A DNA stretch of 64,000 nucleotides, from the NCBI GenBank assembly GCA_030390025.1, contig CM059425.1:169882001-169946000 (forward strand), read 5' to 3'. The notes beneath the pieces were generated by a model. It saw only the letters and a list, made by a program, of their open reading frames with translations. It ran no database searches and had not been told where the DNA came from. Shown here piece after piece: positions 23,921 through 36,630 of this stretch. The translations under genes and the position numbers were made by a program. Each line of letters begins with the position of its first letter. The stretch's first letter is position 1. Source of the stretch: Squalus acanthias (taxonomy: Eukaryota).

Positions 23921-24279
23921 TCCTTATACAGTGGAGGAGATAATATAATTTTAAGTGTCAAAAAACTACCTGCTGGTACTTGTGGTTTCCGCTTCGTTCA
24001 CAAGTTGAAAAACACATTGGCTTTGCACCTTCATCATGCTGGTTGGCCAGGACTTACATCCGCCAGCGATTTGCACTACTGACCCCATCGGAATTTGTGG
24101 GGTTTAGCTCACCTAAATATGCATTGGAGAACCAAAAGCAGGGTGGGGGGCTGGCGGCAGGTACTTGGAAGCACAACAGATGTCAAAGAATTTCTTTGCT
24201 TTCTCAAGACATCATAATGGTATCAATCTCACTCTCAGGTGGCTCACAACAAATGCATCAGGGAAGTGGCTGCAGAAGG

Positions 24280-24506
24280 AGATAAGCCCAGAATTTCTCA
24301 GATGCTGTTCTGCAGATCCTACTTGATGAGAGCGGATAGAGGAGAGACCAACTGCTGGGAATGTGAGGAAAGAAGCCCCCATAAGCAGCCAACAGAGCCA
24401 TGTGGAGGAGGTGGCAGTGCCACTGAGTGCCACCTCTCTCATTCCCAGGACAGCCGACCGAAGCCGCAAGAAGTTCAATGACCTGATCAGGGTAATCAAG
24501 GTAAGA
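24280..24506 (+). pseudogene. Harbinger Myb/SANT exon-1 fragment
   Basis: FSDAVLQILL...RKKFNDLIRVIK followed by donor GTAAGA at 24501, the same intron position as in the other copies. Confidence 0.7.
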
Positions 24507-27500
24507 GAACTACCACCATCCCTTTTATACTTTGGCATATCTCCACATTATACTCTTGTAGCAAGGAGGGAACGGAACCTAACCATAAACATTTCTGAAA
24601 TTTCTCTTTCCAGTGCCAGTTTTCATTCACTACACTTGCCAGAGGGAAAAACTGATCATCACCATTCTTCTTCCCCACTAGCATCCTTGTCTAGATCTGA
24701 TAACATTACATGCTTTGCTGCTGCATCTGATTGTTAGGCAGTCTAAGTGAAGCTGTGTACACCTGAATTCATGCAAACACCAGGTAATGAAAGGTAAACC
24801 ATTGTTCACAATCTGATGATTATCTGTGCTGCTACATAATCAAATAGGCTTTCATGATTTGATCAAAATATTTAACTGTAAAATTGACATCAGCTTCTGT
24901 GCTCAATGCATTAAACAGTAATTCCAACCTGCATCACAGAATTCTCAATATCGTATCTTGCCCTCTAAGCATTTGCTTTAGAAATACAAGCTATCATATA
25001 CTATACTACATACTAATACTATATGTATACTATACCTTTTTCAGCAGGCAAGATACCTTTAAAGCATAATCATCTTTTGTAAAAATGGATCAATAAACAA
25101 CCATAATAATCAACCTCAAGTAAAGGATACTTCTCATTAAACTTGTTAGGAATCCTGCCAAAGATACAACACAACATGCACATGCTGTTATTAAATACAT
25201 CATGATTAATGTATTTTGTTGCTAATAATTTGATTCCCCTTTAGCTGCTCAAGAAACATTGGCTTCAGATCAATATCTTGTCTGCATGAGATTAAAGCCT
25301 TCTCTGACAGAGCTGTTCAAAAAATAAAATTGCTGTATGTAATTGTACATTTTGCTTTTTGATGGTATCGGGTTTTTTTTCAATATCAAACTATTGACAG
25401 CAAGAGAATTGGGAGATACATAATAATGGCAAAAACTGTGACAAAATTATAACTTTTTCTTAAACATAAAAGAGAGCTATGCTGTAATTTATAGCATACT
25501 TTGCTATCCAGTTTATTTGATAATTTTATTAAAATAAAACCCACTGATGACCCTAAGATGTCAAGCAGTATGGACAGAATGTACAAACTGTTGAAAGATA
25601 CGGTTTACTTTTATTCTTCCCTCAATTACACAGCACAGTTACAGAAACAGGGTCGACCTCACTACAAAATTGTTTAGTCATCACTACAGGCACATTAGTC
25701 CTTGCTGTAGAAGATACGTGACCGGGTTGGTGTTTGCTAGTGAGCAATACTGGAAGCAAATCGTACAGATAATTTTATTCCCTTAAACTATTAGGTCCAG
25801 TCTTGCTGATACACTTTAGCTGATTTTTTAAATATAAATGTTTAGTAGGTTTGTTTTGTGCTCCTTAGGACAAGTTGGGGGCCAATTTGCAGGTCGGCCA
25901 CCCATTGGGAATGAGGTGCTAGTGGGCCAAAAATGGCAGTGCGCTGCTTACTGCTCCATTCCTGTTCAGATACAGCCATGGCCAATGCTGCTCCATGGTG
26001 GAAATGAGCAATCAGAGCCAATGTTCCCTCTAATTTTTATTTTTGGTGCGCGGTCCCTTTAAATTTGCTGCGTGGTATCTTTTTCCAGCGGAACAGCTGG
26101 TGAGCAGCCTGCGTGGAACCACCTGGTCGATGCGCAGCTGTGCACCTGTGCAGCTTAGGGGGAACGCCAAATTCGTGCTGCCTGCTCATTATAATGATTT
26201 GGCTGCACGCATCAGCAGGGGGCCCAATATGGTTACTACCTAGCACTATTTAAAGCTAGCCAGCACTGCTTAAAGCTAGTCTGCACCTCTTAAAGGGAAG
26301 GTGCATTGTGGTTGCTGGAGGTGCTGAGATCATTGGGAATAGTATGCTGTGCAACAATCAACAATGGCTGACCATGGGAGAGAGCGTATACCAATATTTT
26401 TGGGCATTACACTGGAGCTCTTGGTGGAGGAGGTAGAAAGGAGGAGAGATGTCCTGTACCCTCAGGGGGACAGGAGGCCCTCCAGACATATGATAAGAAG
26501 GTAGTGGGAACAGATAGCCACAGAGGTCAATGGCAGGAGTCTAGCCCCGTGGACTTGGATACAGTGCCGCAAGAAGTTTAATGACTTCACACGAGTGGTT
26601 AAGGTCAGTGAATGCATCATCAAATGCCATATCCCACCAACTGTACCACAAGCCTCAGCTACTACTCAATTCAGCACACCCCCATCACTCACCTACCAGC
26701 AATTTCTATCAATCAGGACTCATACCTAACATTCATAGGCTTCACCTCACCCTCACACACTTAGCTCTGCTGCAAGCCTCACACCCACATCTCACAGATT
26801 GCACACACTGCCAGCTATTCAACCATGGCAGCCACATCACCAAAACATTTTGCACGACACTCACTGACACACTTCCCTCTCTTTTTCAGGCGAAGTTGAC
26901 GCACAACCGGAGGCAGCAGGAACTAATCGGAGGGGGAGAGGCGCGCCTGCATGTTCTAACTCCCATAGAGGAGACTGTGCTGACCATTATGGAAAGGGTC
27001 ATTGCTGAGCCCGTGGCTAGCGGCGGGGCTGAATCCATTGAAGATGACGGTATCCTCATACCTAATCCTCCTTCTCACATCCCACTTCCCCCTCATCCCA
27101 CAATCTCTTCTGACTTCTAAGCTACAGATGGTGTAAACATGCACCTCTAACTTTCCCCTCTCCCCTCACCACAACTTTACCCATGTCCCTTTTTCCTTTC
27201 AGATACCCAAAAACTGCAACCTGCCCAGTGGAGGAAGACCAAGAAGGCACTGATGATGAAGACACACCGTCACTCGATTTCTCACTCGCATCCACCAGCT
27301 CAGATACAGACACTGTGCATATCTTAGAGGATAGCAGAGAGGCGGGATCTGCACATGGTGAGACACCGGCACAAGTGCACTGCAGCCAGGGCAGGGTCAA
27401 GGATAGCGCAGGTGTCAGCTTGTTTGAGGCCGAGGTCGCACATGAGTTCTGCTGCAGAGGACTTCAATGGGCCAGGCTGATGGGTCTACACACCAAAATG

Positions 27501-27897
27501 CTTGGTGCATTGGGAAGCCTGCCAGAAAGCCTGCATTCAATGTCAAGGAGCATGGAGGAGTCCGGCACCAACTTGGCACAGGGCTCTGCACAGAGCTTGG
27601 AAGTGGTGGCCGACTCCATCAACAAACTTGTGGAGACAACCATGATGCAGCGTCTGATGGCCGATGTCTCAAACTTCCATTGCAGCACAAGCAGCAGCCA
27701 CCCAATGTCTGAGTGCTGCAGTGGAAGCTCAGATAGCTGCCAATATGGCTCTGGATACAAGTGTTCAAAGGGGCTTGCAGGGTGTCACAGTAGTTCAGCA
27801 ATCTGTCCTCCAACAGATTACTAGGATTTCTGAGGCGCCACTCCAGGGGCGTGGCAGTGGCTAGATAGAGCACAAACCTGCTGCCCTCTCTCAGAAT

Positions 27898-28046
27898 AGC
27901 ACCTGAAGTACCATTGTACTTGTACCTGAAGAAGGAGCAGCGCTCCGAAAGTTCGTAATTTTAAATAAAACTGTTGGACTATAACCTGGTGTTGTGCGAC
28001 TTCTCATTTTTGTCCACCCCAGTCCAACACCGGCATCTCCGCATCA
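27898..28046 (+). mobile_element. 149-bp Penelope-like pLTR and tail fragment
   Basis: Nearly identical to 18676-18803. Flanked by the 12-bp TSD CTCTCTCAGAAT (27886-27897, 28047-28058). Confidence 0.88.
27926..27950 (+). ncRNA. Hammerhead-ribozyme-like core
   Basis: CUGAAGA-A-GGAGC(AGC)GCUCC-GAAA, matching the CUGANGA / stem II / GAAA layout. Stems I and III were not resolved. Confidence 0.5.
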
Positions 28047-28523
28047 CTCTCTCAGAATGACAGTATTCATCCTCCCACTCCTGACGCTTTTCCAGTGCTC
28101 TTGCTGTTGTCTGTCAGCCAGGCAGCCCAGACTGCTGTCGTCCATGCCGAGATGGTGCAATCTGAAGCTGGGCCTTCTAGGCCCAGAGCTGCTTTAGGTC
28201 GTCCTCCACGGCCATCTGCAGTCTCCCCCACTGAAAGTCAGCAGCCTTTCACCAGCCATGCTGCAGCCACTGGGGTAGCACTATGTAGGAGCACTAGGAC
28301 AGGCAAAGGCACATGGAAGACAGGCACTAAGGGAGTGCACAAGGGTGATTAGTTTAATTTTGTATGCAATATGGCATGATTTAATTGATAAATGTGGTTT
28401 GGAATGTTTATTTTGTGTTGGCTTTTATTTTTGCATTGTGGCCAAGAGGACGATGTGATGGGCAGTGACAGAGGGAAGGTACAGAGTGTGGGACTGTTGG
28501 TGAATGGGGAATTGGGGTTGAGG

Positions 28524-29669
28524 TTACTGGTATCGCACTTGAATTAGTTCTTCATGTACAGCCCAGGCAGAAAGGGGCTTTATAGGTTGCAGCCTGACTT
28601 CCTCATCCTCCCCTTCCTCCTTCTCCTCCTCCTCCTCCTTGTGCTCCTGCTCCTCAGCTTCTCATCTGATAGGTGGTGGAAAGGGCTGTTCCCTCATGAT
28701 GGCAAGGTTGTGCAGCATGCAGCATACCATGACAAATCTTTGAGACCTGCTCAGCTGAGTACTGCAGGGCTCCTCCAGAGCAGTCCAGGCAGCGGAATCG
28801 GTGCTTCAGCTCTATCACATTTCTTGTGGCAGCGTGGCTCTCATTGTATGCATGCTGCGCAAGTGTGCATGGGTTGTGAACCAGAGTCATGGGCCATGTC
28901 GTCAGCGGATAGCCCTTGTCACCTAATAGCCACCCTTTGGTTTTCCGAGGTGGCTGAAATACAGCTGGCACAGAGGACTGTCACAGAATTAATGCATCTT
29001 GACTGCTGCCAGGACATCGGGCACTGACCTGCATGATGCGCTGCCTATGGTCACACACCAGCGGCACAGTGAGGGAGTGAAATCCATTTTGGTTCAGGTA
29101 CATGGCAGAGTTGACGTGAGGTGCACGCAAAACAATGTGCATGCAGTCAATGGCACCCTGCACCATGGGGAAGCCTGCAATCCTTGCAAACCCTCGTGCT
29201 ATTTCTCTCTGGCAAGAAGGAATCAAATTAAGTTATCTCTCTTTGAATAGAGAGCCTCAGTGACCTCCCTTATGCAGCAGTCTACTGCAAACTGTGAGAT
29301 GTTGCTAATATTTCCAGCAGCAGCCTGGAAGGTGCCAGACGCATAAAAGCTCATCGCCACGGTCACCTCCACAGCCACTGGCAATGTGGTCCTTGCCCTG
29401 CTCTGAGGTTACAATTGTGGCTGCAGCAGTTGGCAGGTTTCAGTGACGACCTCCTTAGTGAAGCGCAGACACCTCAGACATTGGTTGTTGCTGAAGTTCA
29501 AGTAGGAGAATTGCTCCCTGAGCACCCTGGGCGGATATGGCCTCCAGCTAAGAGGCCTTCTCCCCCTCCTCCTCCTCCCTCTTCTAGCAGCTTGTCCTGC
29601 TCTGCGAGGCCTCTGCTCATTCTCCCAGCCATACTCGATTCCAAGAGGAGGGCCTACTAGTGCACCCAT
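28524..29669 (-). pseudogene. Harbinger DDE transposase pseudogene
   Basis: [23 protein letters not shown] and RFRCLD motifs spread over several frames. Confidence 0.9.
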
Positions 29670-30398
29670 GTCTGGGAGCAACTGATTTGTGCAGAAGCCT
29701 TGAAATCAGAAAAAAAGTTCTTCAGCACCTGCCACACCACTCCCTGTAGACTTTTGAAACTTGAAGCAACAATGGAAAACACCAAAAAGTGTAGAATTGT
29801 AGCAACAACCAATAGAAATCAATCAGCAACTAGCTTGTATGTAGTTGATGATCCCTTTAAATAACGCTTGTGGTGGGTCCTTCCTGCTGCTTAAGGTCTG
29901 GAAACAGGTAAGCAAGAATGCTCATCCTGGCCCCACAAGAACCGTCTGGCCCACTTATGACCAGTCCTCGTCCCCAGCCAGTGATTGCCTCACCCATTAA
30001 CATGGAACTTCCTTCTCATCTCTACAGAAGAGCCACTGGTATATAGCAGCCATACTTTACATCCTGTAAAGATGAATAATTATAACTGGTCTAAAATATT
30101 GGTGCAATAGTAAACATTTTAAAATGTGACATCACACATCACTTGATTTTGGCACCAGTTTCAGAAATAATTCATAAATTATTTCATATATTGGACAGGA
30201 AGGATCTCATGCCCATTACAGAGCACCCCTGATTTTCCTTCAATTAATTTAAATGAAAGCAAAATTAGGCGGGCAGTGTTACCTGCATGCTTTGCTCCCA
30301 CCTTGAATTTCCTCTCTATGCTCCACCCAAGTGATGCTCAACGAAAATCTACCTTTACCTCATATAATAATATACCACAAGGAGTATTTGTGGCAATT

Positions 30399-30560
30399 AG
30401 CATAGATGCATTTAAGGGGAAGCTAGAGGGAGAAAGAAGTAGAAGGTTAAGCTGATAGGGTTAGATGAAGAAGGGTGGGAGGAGCTCGTGTGGAGCATAA
30501 ACACTGGCATAGGCCAGTTGGGCCATATGGCCTGTTTCTGTGCTGTACTTTACATGTAAT
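30399..30560 (+). mobile_element. CR1 3' UTR fragment
   Basis: Aligns with 58620-58790 (gatgaagaagggtgggagg...ggcctgtttctgtgctg). Confidence 0.75.
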
Positions 30561-31328
30561 TCTCTCTAATTCTATCATTGTTCAATTAAATCACGATAAC
30601 TAGTCATCCACAATGAATGAAACCATCTACTGACTACCCATCCCCTCCCCCCTTCCCGTGGGGTTTTCTAATTAACTCAAAGCTGCAGAAATATATAAAT
30701 AAGCAGTATTGATGCCAACTCTTTAGCTGCAACCTCGGAACCATTCTACCATAATGACTGGAATACTTGAGCTTGTACACAATGATTTCTTCTTTGTTTA
30801 GTAATTAACATTCCAAACTACTATGACCACCAGTCTGGATTACATGTAAACCGCCTTAAATGTTGAGTCAAAAACAGTGCATTTAACATGACAAAAAATA
30901 TTACAAGTTTAACGAAATCCAGTTCAGGGAATACAAGTAAAAATCCAAAAAGTTACAAGCTCTTGCACTTGCTCTGTGGAAGCTGAGATAGCTCTGCTTC
31001 CCAATAGCATTCTTTTGTTTTCTCTCATTGCACTGCAGAAGAAAGGCATCAGTATCAGTCCATCATCTCAGCTCTGCTGGTATGTCACATTTGGCTGAGC
31101 TCTGAACAGAGCCCCAGAGATAATTGATGGGCCAGAGGGGCGGGGAGGGGGGAGGGGGGAGAGGCTGCCTGCGACTCCACACTGTACTATGAGTCTCTGT
31201 AGTCTATTCATGGCTATTTTGATGTTTAGATTATAGGGAGGGATAGGTTATTTATAACTGGATTATATTTATTGATATTTATATAAGCAATAGGCTTGAT
31301 CAGTGCTTTGCCATCTGCCTGTTATGTA

Positions 31329-31747
31329 CAGGAAACTTTCGTTTATCCGGCATCGACGGGACCGGCGTGGTGCCGGTTTATCGAAAGTACCGGATAACAG
31401 AGAGTTATATCTACCGAGGCTATTTTTAACAAAGAGACTCCAAGCAGCACGGGAGAATCTACTCATGCTACTGCAATGTTTCGGACTTGCGACAGCGCCA
31501 GGAGGCCAAGTAGTGGTACTTTTGAAAAGTACCCCTACTGACTAAATCGGCGTTCGCGGACTCGGACTCGGGATCGGCAACATTGCCGGTTATTTGAGAG
31601 GATTTTTCGGAGCACTCTGCGTTTGCGGAGACTCGACTGCGACTCGGCAACATTGCCGGTTATTTGAGAGGAGTTTTCGGAGGATGATTTTTGCCGGTTA
31701 AGCGAGAATTCCGGATATTTGAGTGCCGGATAAACGAAAGTTTCCTG
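31329..31747. mobile_element. Tc1/mariner (pogo/Tigger-type) MITE, 419 bp
   Basis: Perfect 24-bp TIRs CAGGAAACTTTCGTTTATCCGGCA, TA TSD (31327-31328, 31748-31749), internal ~60-bp direct repeat. Confidence 0.92.
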
Positions 31748-31759
31748 TAGTTAGAAAGC

Positions 31760-32252
31760 AATAACCCCTCCTCATGTCTCATAAAACATCCCCAATCACT
31801 TTGCATACAATGTTTTACTTTGAACTAAAGTGAGAAGTCGCACAACACCAGGTTATAGTCCAACAGTTTTATTTGAAATCACAAGCTTTAACTTTGAACT
31901 GCAGTGGGTGCTGGTATGTAGGCAAATACAGCAGGCATTTTCACCCAGTAAGTAGCAGTGTGATGAATAGCCACTTAATCTGATTTTGGTGGTGTTGGTT
32001 AAAAGAGGACTGTTGTCCAGGAGAACTCCATGCTATTCTTTGAATAGTTCCATGGGATCTTTAACATCCAGCTAAACCACTGGAACAGGCAGGTAGGGTC
32101 TCTGTTTAACATCTAATCTAAATCAATGTAATGCTCCCTCAATACTGCACTGAGGTTTCAGCTTAGATTATATACTCAAATCCTGGAGTAGTGCATGAAC
32201 CCACAACCTTCTGTCTCAGAGAAGGAGTGCTAGCAAATGAGCCATGGTTGGG
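31760..32252 (-). mobile_element. Degraded tRNA-derived Deu-like SINE carrying a Penelope-like fragment
   Basis: Reverse-complement similarity to 36631-37104 (tgaacccacaaccttctg, tgagccatgg, catgggatctttaacatcca). Confidence 0.7.
31827..31890 (-). mobile_element. 64-bp tail-less Penelope-like pLTR fragment
   Basis: gagaagtcgcacaacaccaggttatagtccaacag is identical to 17869-17903. Flanked by the 10-bp direct repeat ACTTTGAACT (31817-31826, 31891-31900). Confidence 0.85.
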
Positions 32253-32295
32253 TTCATATATAAATTTTGTATCACTATAATGACTGTGGAACATT

Positions 32296-32988
32296 GGGGT
32301 AGAAATTCGGGCGCGAGGTATGTACCCTGCACCTGAATGATGATGCCCGAAGCTCCCCCGATATTGAGCCTTGGGCTTCATTATGGTGGTTCCAGCATGG
32401 CGTGAACAGCCAGCCGCCGAACAGGAGACCATGATTGGGCTGCAACTGGTGGGGGAGTCTCAGGCTGCGGCGATTGGGGGGTGCGGTTCAGGAGTGGCAT
32501 TGAACGTTGGAGCACACCAGAGTGATAGGGAGTGTGATAGCTTGATCTTGGTCTCGGACAATGCTCGGCACAACATCGAGGGCCGAAGGGCCTGTACTGT
32601 GCTGTACTGTTCTATGTTCTATGTTCTATGTTCTTTAAATGTGGAGTTGGGAGGAACAGTCTTGCTTCTCCGCACTCTGTTTTCAGGTAAGTAAATTTGA
32701 AAAACATACCTTTTTGGTAGCAGGTAGTCCCAAGGTCTGGTTTTACTGAGTTCAGTCGGCGTTGGCTGAGGATCTCAAACACTCATTAGGCCCCTTATTT
32801 GCATATGCAAAGGCCCTAACGACTGTTTCAGTCGTGAGCCCTGGATGCCTATTTCTTTCCTTCACCAGTATGGCAGGCGGCGAACTTCCAGCTGGAAATG
32901 TGAGTGTGCTTCCTGCCCACCATATTGGAGCCTTAGTACACCAGTTAGCACCCAAAATATGGGCACTGCACAGCCGAATTGATAGGCC
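32296..32988. mobile_element. Probable Harbinger-type MITE containing a short CR1 3' tail (32510-32633)
   Basis: Degenerate TIRs GGGGTAGAAATTCGG / CCGAATTGATAGGCC, flanks ATT and ATC. The insert is the near-exact reverse complement of 23416-23532. Confidence 0.55.
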
Positions 32989-34329
32989 ATCCTCTTTTCA
33001 GTATTCTGATAGTAGAAAGGGCCTTTTTTGTAAGAAATGTAAACCTTAAGAAAGCAGTTAATAAGAAAGTTAAATCCTTCTGGTATTGTACCTATGAATG
33101 GTGGTGGAGTGAGTGAGGAAAGGTAAGACAATGAGTACAATGATTTCCATTCTGTCACTAGAGAGCAACTTCCTGGATTTCCTAGGAATTGAAATCTGAT
33201 GGCGTTCATCGGTCATTCTAATGAGGCAGGGATTTATGAAGTTGCCTTTCTCACTACTGGTGAGGTTACGACGTTACCTTTAGAAAATAGGAATGCTAAG
33301 ATTGTGGGATAGAAATTCGACCTCGTTGGACCCATTTTCCAGGCCTAAAACAGGTGCAACAAGGGCCAATTTGGGGGACTAAAGTCCTGCGGTGAAAGTG
33401 CGCCTGAAAGACAACCAACTCGATATTAGATCGGGCCACTTTTCAGGTGTTCCTGGCAGCTGCTTAAGACAGGCATTATGTTCTTTACACATGTAAATGA
33501 GGGGCCTAATGCTATCCTTCGGCTCCCTTGCTGAAACTGGATACTGATGGAGCAGCAGTAGCGTGGGCCTTCTCCACTCAGGATTCTTCGGGGGCCGCCA
33601 ACAGAAGATAAGTTTTATTTTTTTTTAATTCAAAAATTGGTCATTTGGAGCCAGAAAGAGCAGGAGTGCTCCCTCTACTTTATACTATCCTCAATCACGC
33701 CCCTTCACCACCCACCCCCCAACCACTGTTGCCGCTCCCAGGACTTACCTTCAGGCCGTTACTGGTGAGGCAATTCTCTTCAAAAGGGCGAGCTGTCTGT
33801 GGACGCATGACAGGAGCAGGCAGCTCGCCCACATAACATTAATGAGCTCCAAGGCCCAATTTTGGGCCGGCCTTGGGCCTCCCAGTTGTGACACGTACTC
33901 TATGTGCGGCGTCCATTTCAGGCCCGAAAATGGGTAAACGGTCTGTTACTTTAATTGCTTATACCTGACGTTATGCTAACAAAACTAACAATGCATTCTG
34001 CCTTTGACTCAATTCTACTGAAATGAACTGTGATCTTTTATGAAGAAACGGTAAAGAAGAAGTATCATAATAATGCAGCATTATAAAGTGCGACTCTGGT
34101 GTCCAAAACTGTAATATGACAATGTGTTTGCAGCCTACCCCTGACCTCTTGAGGGCAGAATTCATCAGAATTTTGCTAAAAGAATAAAAATGGTTAATAA
34201 ATGTAATTTCCTTTGCCAATTGTCTCCTTTCCCTTAACTTAAGTAGCAGTTATTGCAGCTTTGAGCCTTGACAATAAGTGTAGAAGGCATCAGTGCCTGA
34301 TTGGTCTCTCCTTGACATCCACACACACG

Positions 34330-34555
34330 CACACATTTCAAGCAAGGGTTGTTGGACAGTGATCAGGAGCAGGAACCCTGGCCAAATATCCCCTTCCTAA
34401 ACCAAGGGAACTGAGGCACAATTGTAGCACTCCTACTGCTGACCCAGCTGAGATCAATTAACCCTGCACAGGCCAGGGTGTGATCGAACCTGGCAGCTTC
34501 CTAATCTGTATAATTCATCAATTTACTGGATAAACTCACCGAGTCACTGGAGGAG
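34330..34555 (-). mobile_element. Ancient tRNA-derived SINE fragment
   Basis: Minus strand shows an A-box-like TGACTCGGTGAG and a B box GGTTCGATC, followed by gatctcagctgggtcagc. Confidence 0.5.
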
Positions 34556-35109
34556 GACATGGTCTTACTTGTGGTAATACATCCATTGAGAAAATTTTTA
34601 AAAATTGGCAGAAAGCACGGCAATGTAAATTGTACTAGGTGTGTTGGGAACAGTCAGGTTCAATGAGCTATATAATCCTTTCTTGTTCCAGACTATTTAA
34701 TATGAATAAAAGAAGAGATCTTGATACCAGGGTTAACTTCCCCTCAGAATGACACCAGTACAATTCCTATCTCCCTGCTCCCCTCCTCCCTGCAGGTAAT
34801 GATGTATGAATACTTTGTCATTGCTGCTGCGATTGAAAGCAGTATTTTTTCAATTCCTCCCTTTCAATTTATACAAATTGTGTGGCTGCACAGATGCTGA
34901 GCGTTTGCTCTACTCTGCTCTGGGGTTGTATTCTTTTCAACAGCTGTATGGTTGAAGAATTCAAAGAGTGTGGTCTTCAAATATCACCTTCCATTTAAAT
35001 TTCACACTAATTAAACCCTTTACACACGGTGCCATTGAAAAGATCACAGCAGACGCACATTCCATTGCCGTCATAGATGGAAGTTGACATGTTTTGTTTA
35101 AAATCAAGG

Positions 35110-35642
35110 GGGGTGGATTTTCAACTGCCAGCTGCTCCTTTCTTGCCTGAAAAACAGGCAGCCAGCAATTGAAACTCTGGGGTGGAGGGGGAGATACCTC
35201 CGCCGTCTCATTAATGCCCAAGGCTCGCCTGATGCAATTTTCTGGTGGGTCTTTAAGTGGGCGAGCAGCCCGCCCCCCTGAAAGAGGCTGCTTAAATATG
35301 CAAATCAGGGTTCTACGCTGGTTGTAGGATCCTGATTGCAATTTTCAGCTACAAATGGGCAGTGCGCCCATTTGTACCAGGCGTTGAGCTACCTAACTAA
35401 CTATCCTTAAAGGGACGGCTTGAGGTCGCTCACAAAACAGCTAGGCTAGGAGCTGGGAAATTTCCCCACACTCCCAGAACCAGCAAGCTACAGTGGGACG
35501 CCCACTAGGTGCCTGCAGCTCTCTGGCGACATGCTAATGAGGCCCAGGCCTGAAAATGGGGCGTGGAACTCACACCGGCACAAAGGGCAGGCAGAGTGGC
35601 CACTCTGCTCATTTGCCCCTGTTTTAGGCGCAAATCGCCCCC
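35110..35642. mobile_element. Probable Harbinger-type MITE
   Basis: GC-rich island bounded by GGGGTGGATTT and AAATCGCCCCC. TSD is imperfect (AGG/ATG). Confidence 0.5.
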
Positions 35643-36630
35643 ATGACTTTCTGATTTCTCAAATGACAATGCACTGTTAAAGTGCTGTTGTGCACACATA
35701 CTATTGGAAGATTATCTCCCATCGTTTAGAATGGTGTCAGAAGGTGAGTGAAGAAGAATTCAATGCTTCATTCCCAATCTTTCAGTTGTTACTGAGCATC
35801 TATATCATGATAAAGCCAGACTTATGTAACAAATCAGCCTCCGCCAATTGTATAAAGTTTTCCTTACATATTTTTCTGCCACTATCTTAACTGGGAAAAA
35901 GGCAATCTCTGAGGACATTGTCAGTATGCTTGACATATGTTACAGTAAGGTGTTTAATCTGCTTCCAGGAAGTAGGTTGTGACCTCGGGGCTTAGGCTCT
36001 CACAGAACCTTTAATGTAACAGACAAATTTTAATCACATTACATCGCTCATATGATCTTCCTGACACTGTAAAACATCAAAGACAAACCATAACCTAAAA
36101 CATTCAATTCATGAATTCCCTCTTCACTAACCATTAAATATTCATTTGATTACAAATTCGGTGAAAATGTTAAAATCCCAGTTTGTCATAAATCACTTCA
36201 TATCACAAATTTTAAAAGAATCCTATTTGAGCAGGTCTATAAATAAATGTTTATTCTCACAAGGGAGTCAGTTTACATAATTTTGTTAATCTCACAAAAT
36301 AATTCCTTATGTTTTTGAGTAATTCTTTAACTTGACTTCATTTTTAAATCGTGCATTTTGCCTATTGTATTATTCTTTATGAAAAATGAGTTTTGCTATG
36401 AAAATACTGAGCAAATAGCCATATAAACAGAGCATTGACCTTACATGATACCATAGGCATGGTTTGGTGTGTATGTCTATATATTATATATACATGTAAA
36501 CAGATCTCCCATGGTATTACTCATGGTGAGTCAGAGGTTTTATAAGAACATGGAATTATACCAAGTAGTATTACCAGGGATTACACACCCAAAATGTCAT
36601 AATTTCATAATATCTTAATTTCACAACACA

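Larger units (their letters stand above)
26364..28352 (+). pseudogene. Harbinger Myb/SANT-like gene, three exons, disrupted
   Basis: Exon 1 26364-26603 reads MADHGRER...R*WEQIATEVN...WIQCRKKFNDFTRVVK. Exon 2 is 26890-27049 (160 nt). Exon 3 is 27203-28352 with frameshifts and a Penelope-like insertion. Confidence 0.88.
25877..29892. mobile_element. Degraded two-gene Harbinger element (Myb on +, transposase on -); right end not found
   Basis: Convergent Myb and transposase remnants. 29843-29892 is the reverse complement of 45296-45340, upstream of the related transposase. Confidence 0.85.

Noticed and set aside
25200..25590. Minus-strand hydrophobic ORF and acceptor-like site
   Set aside because: AT-rich sequence readily gives such ORFs; no domain or donor support.
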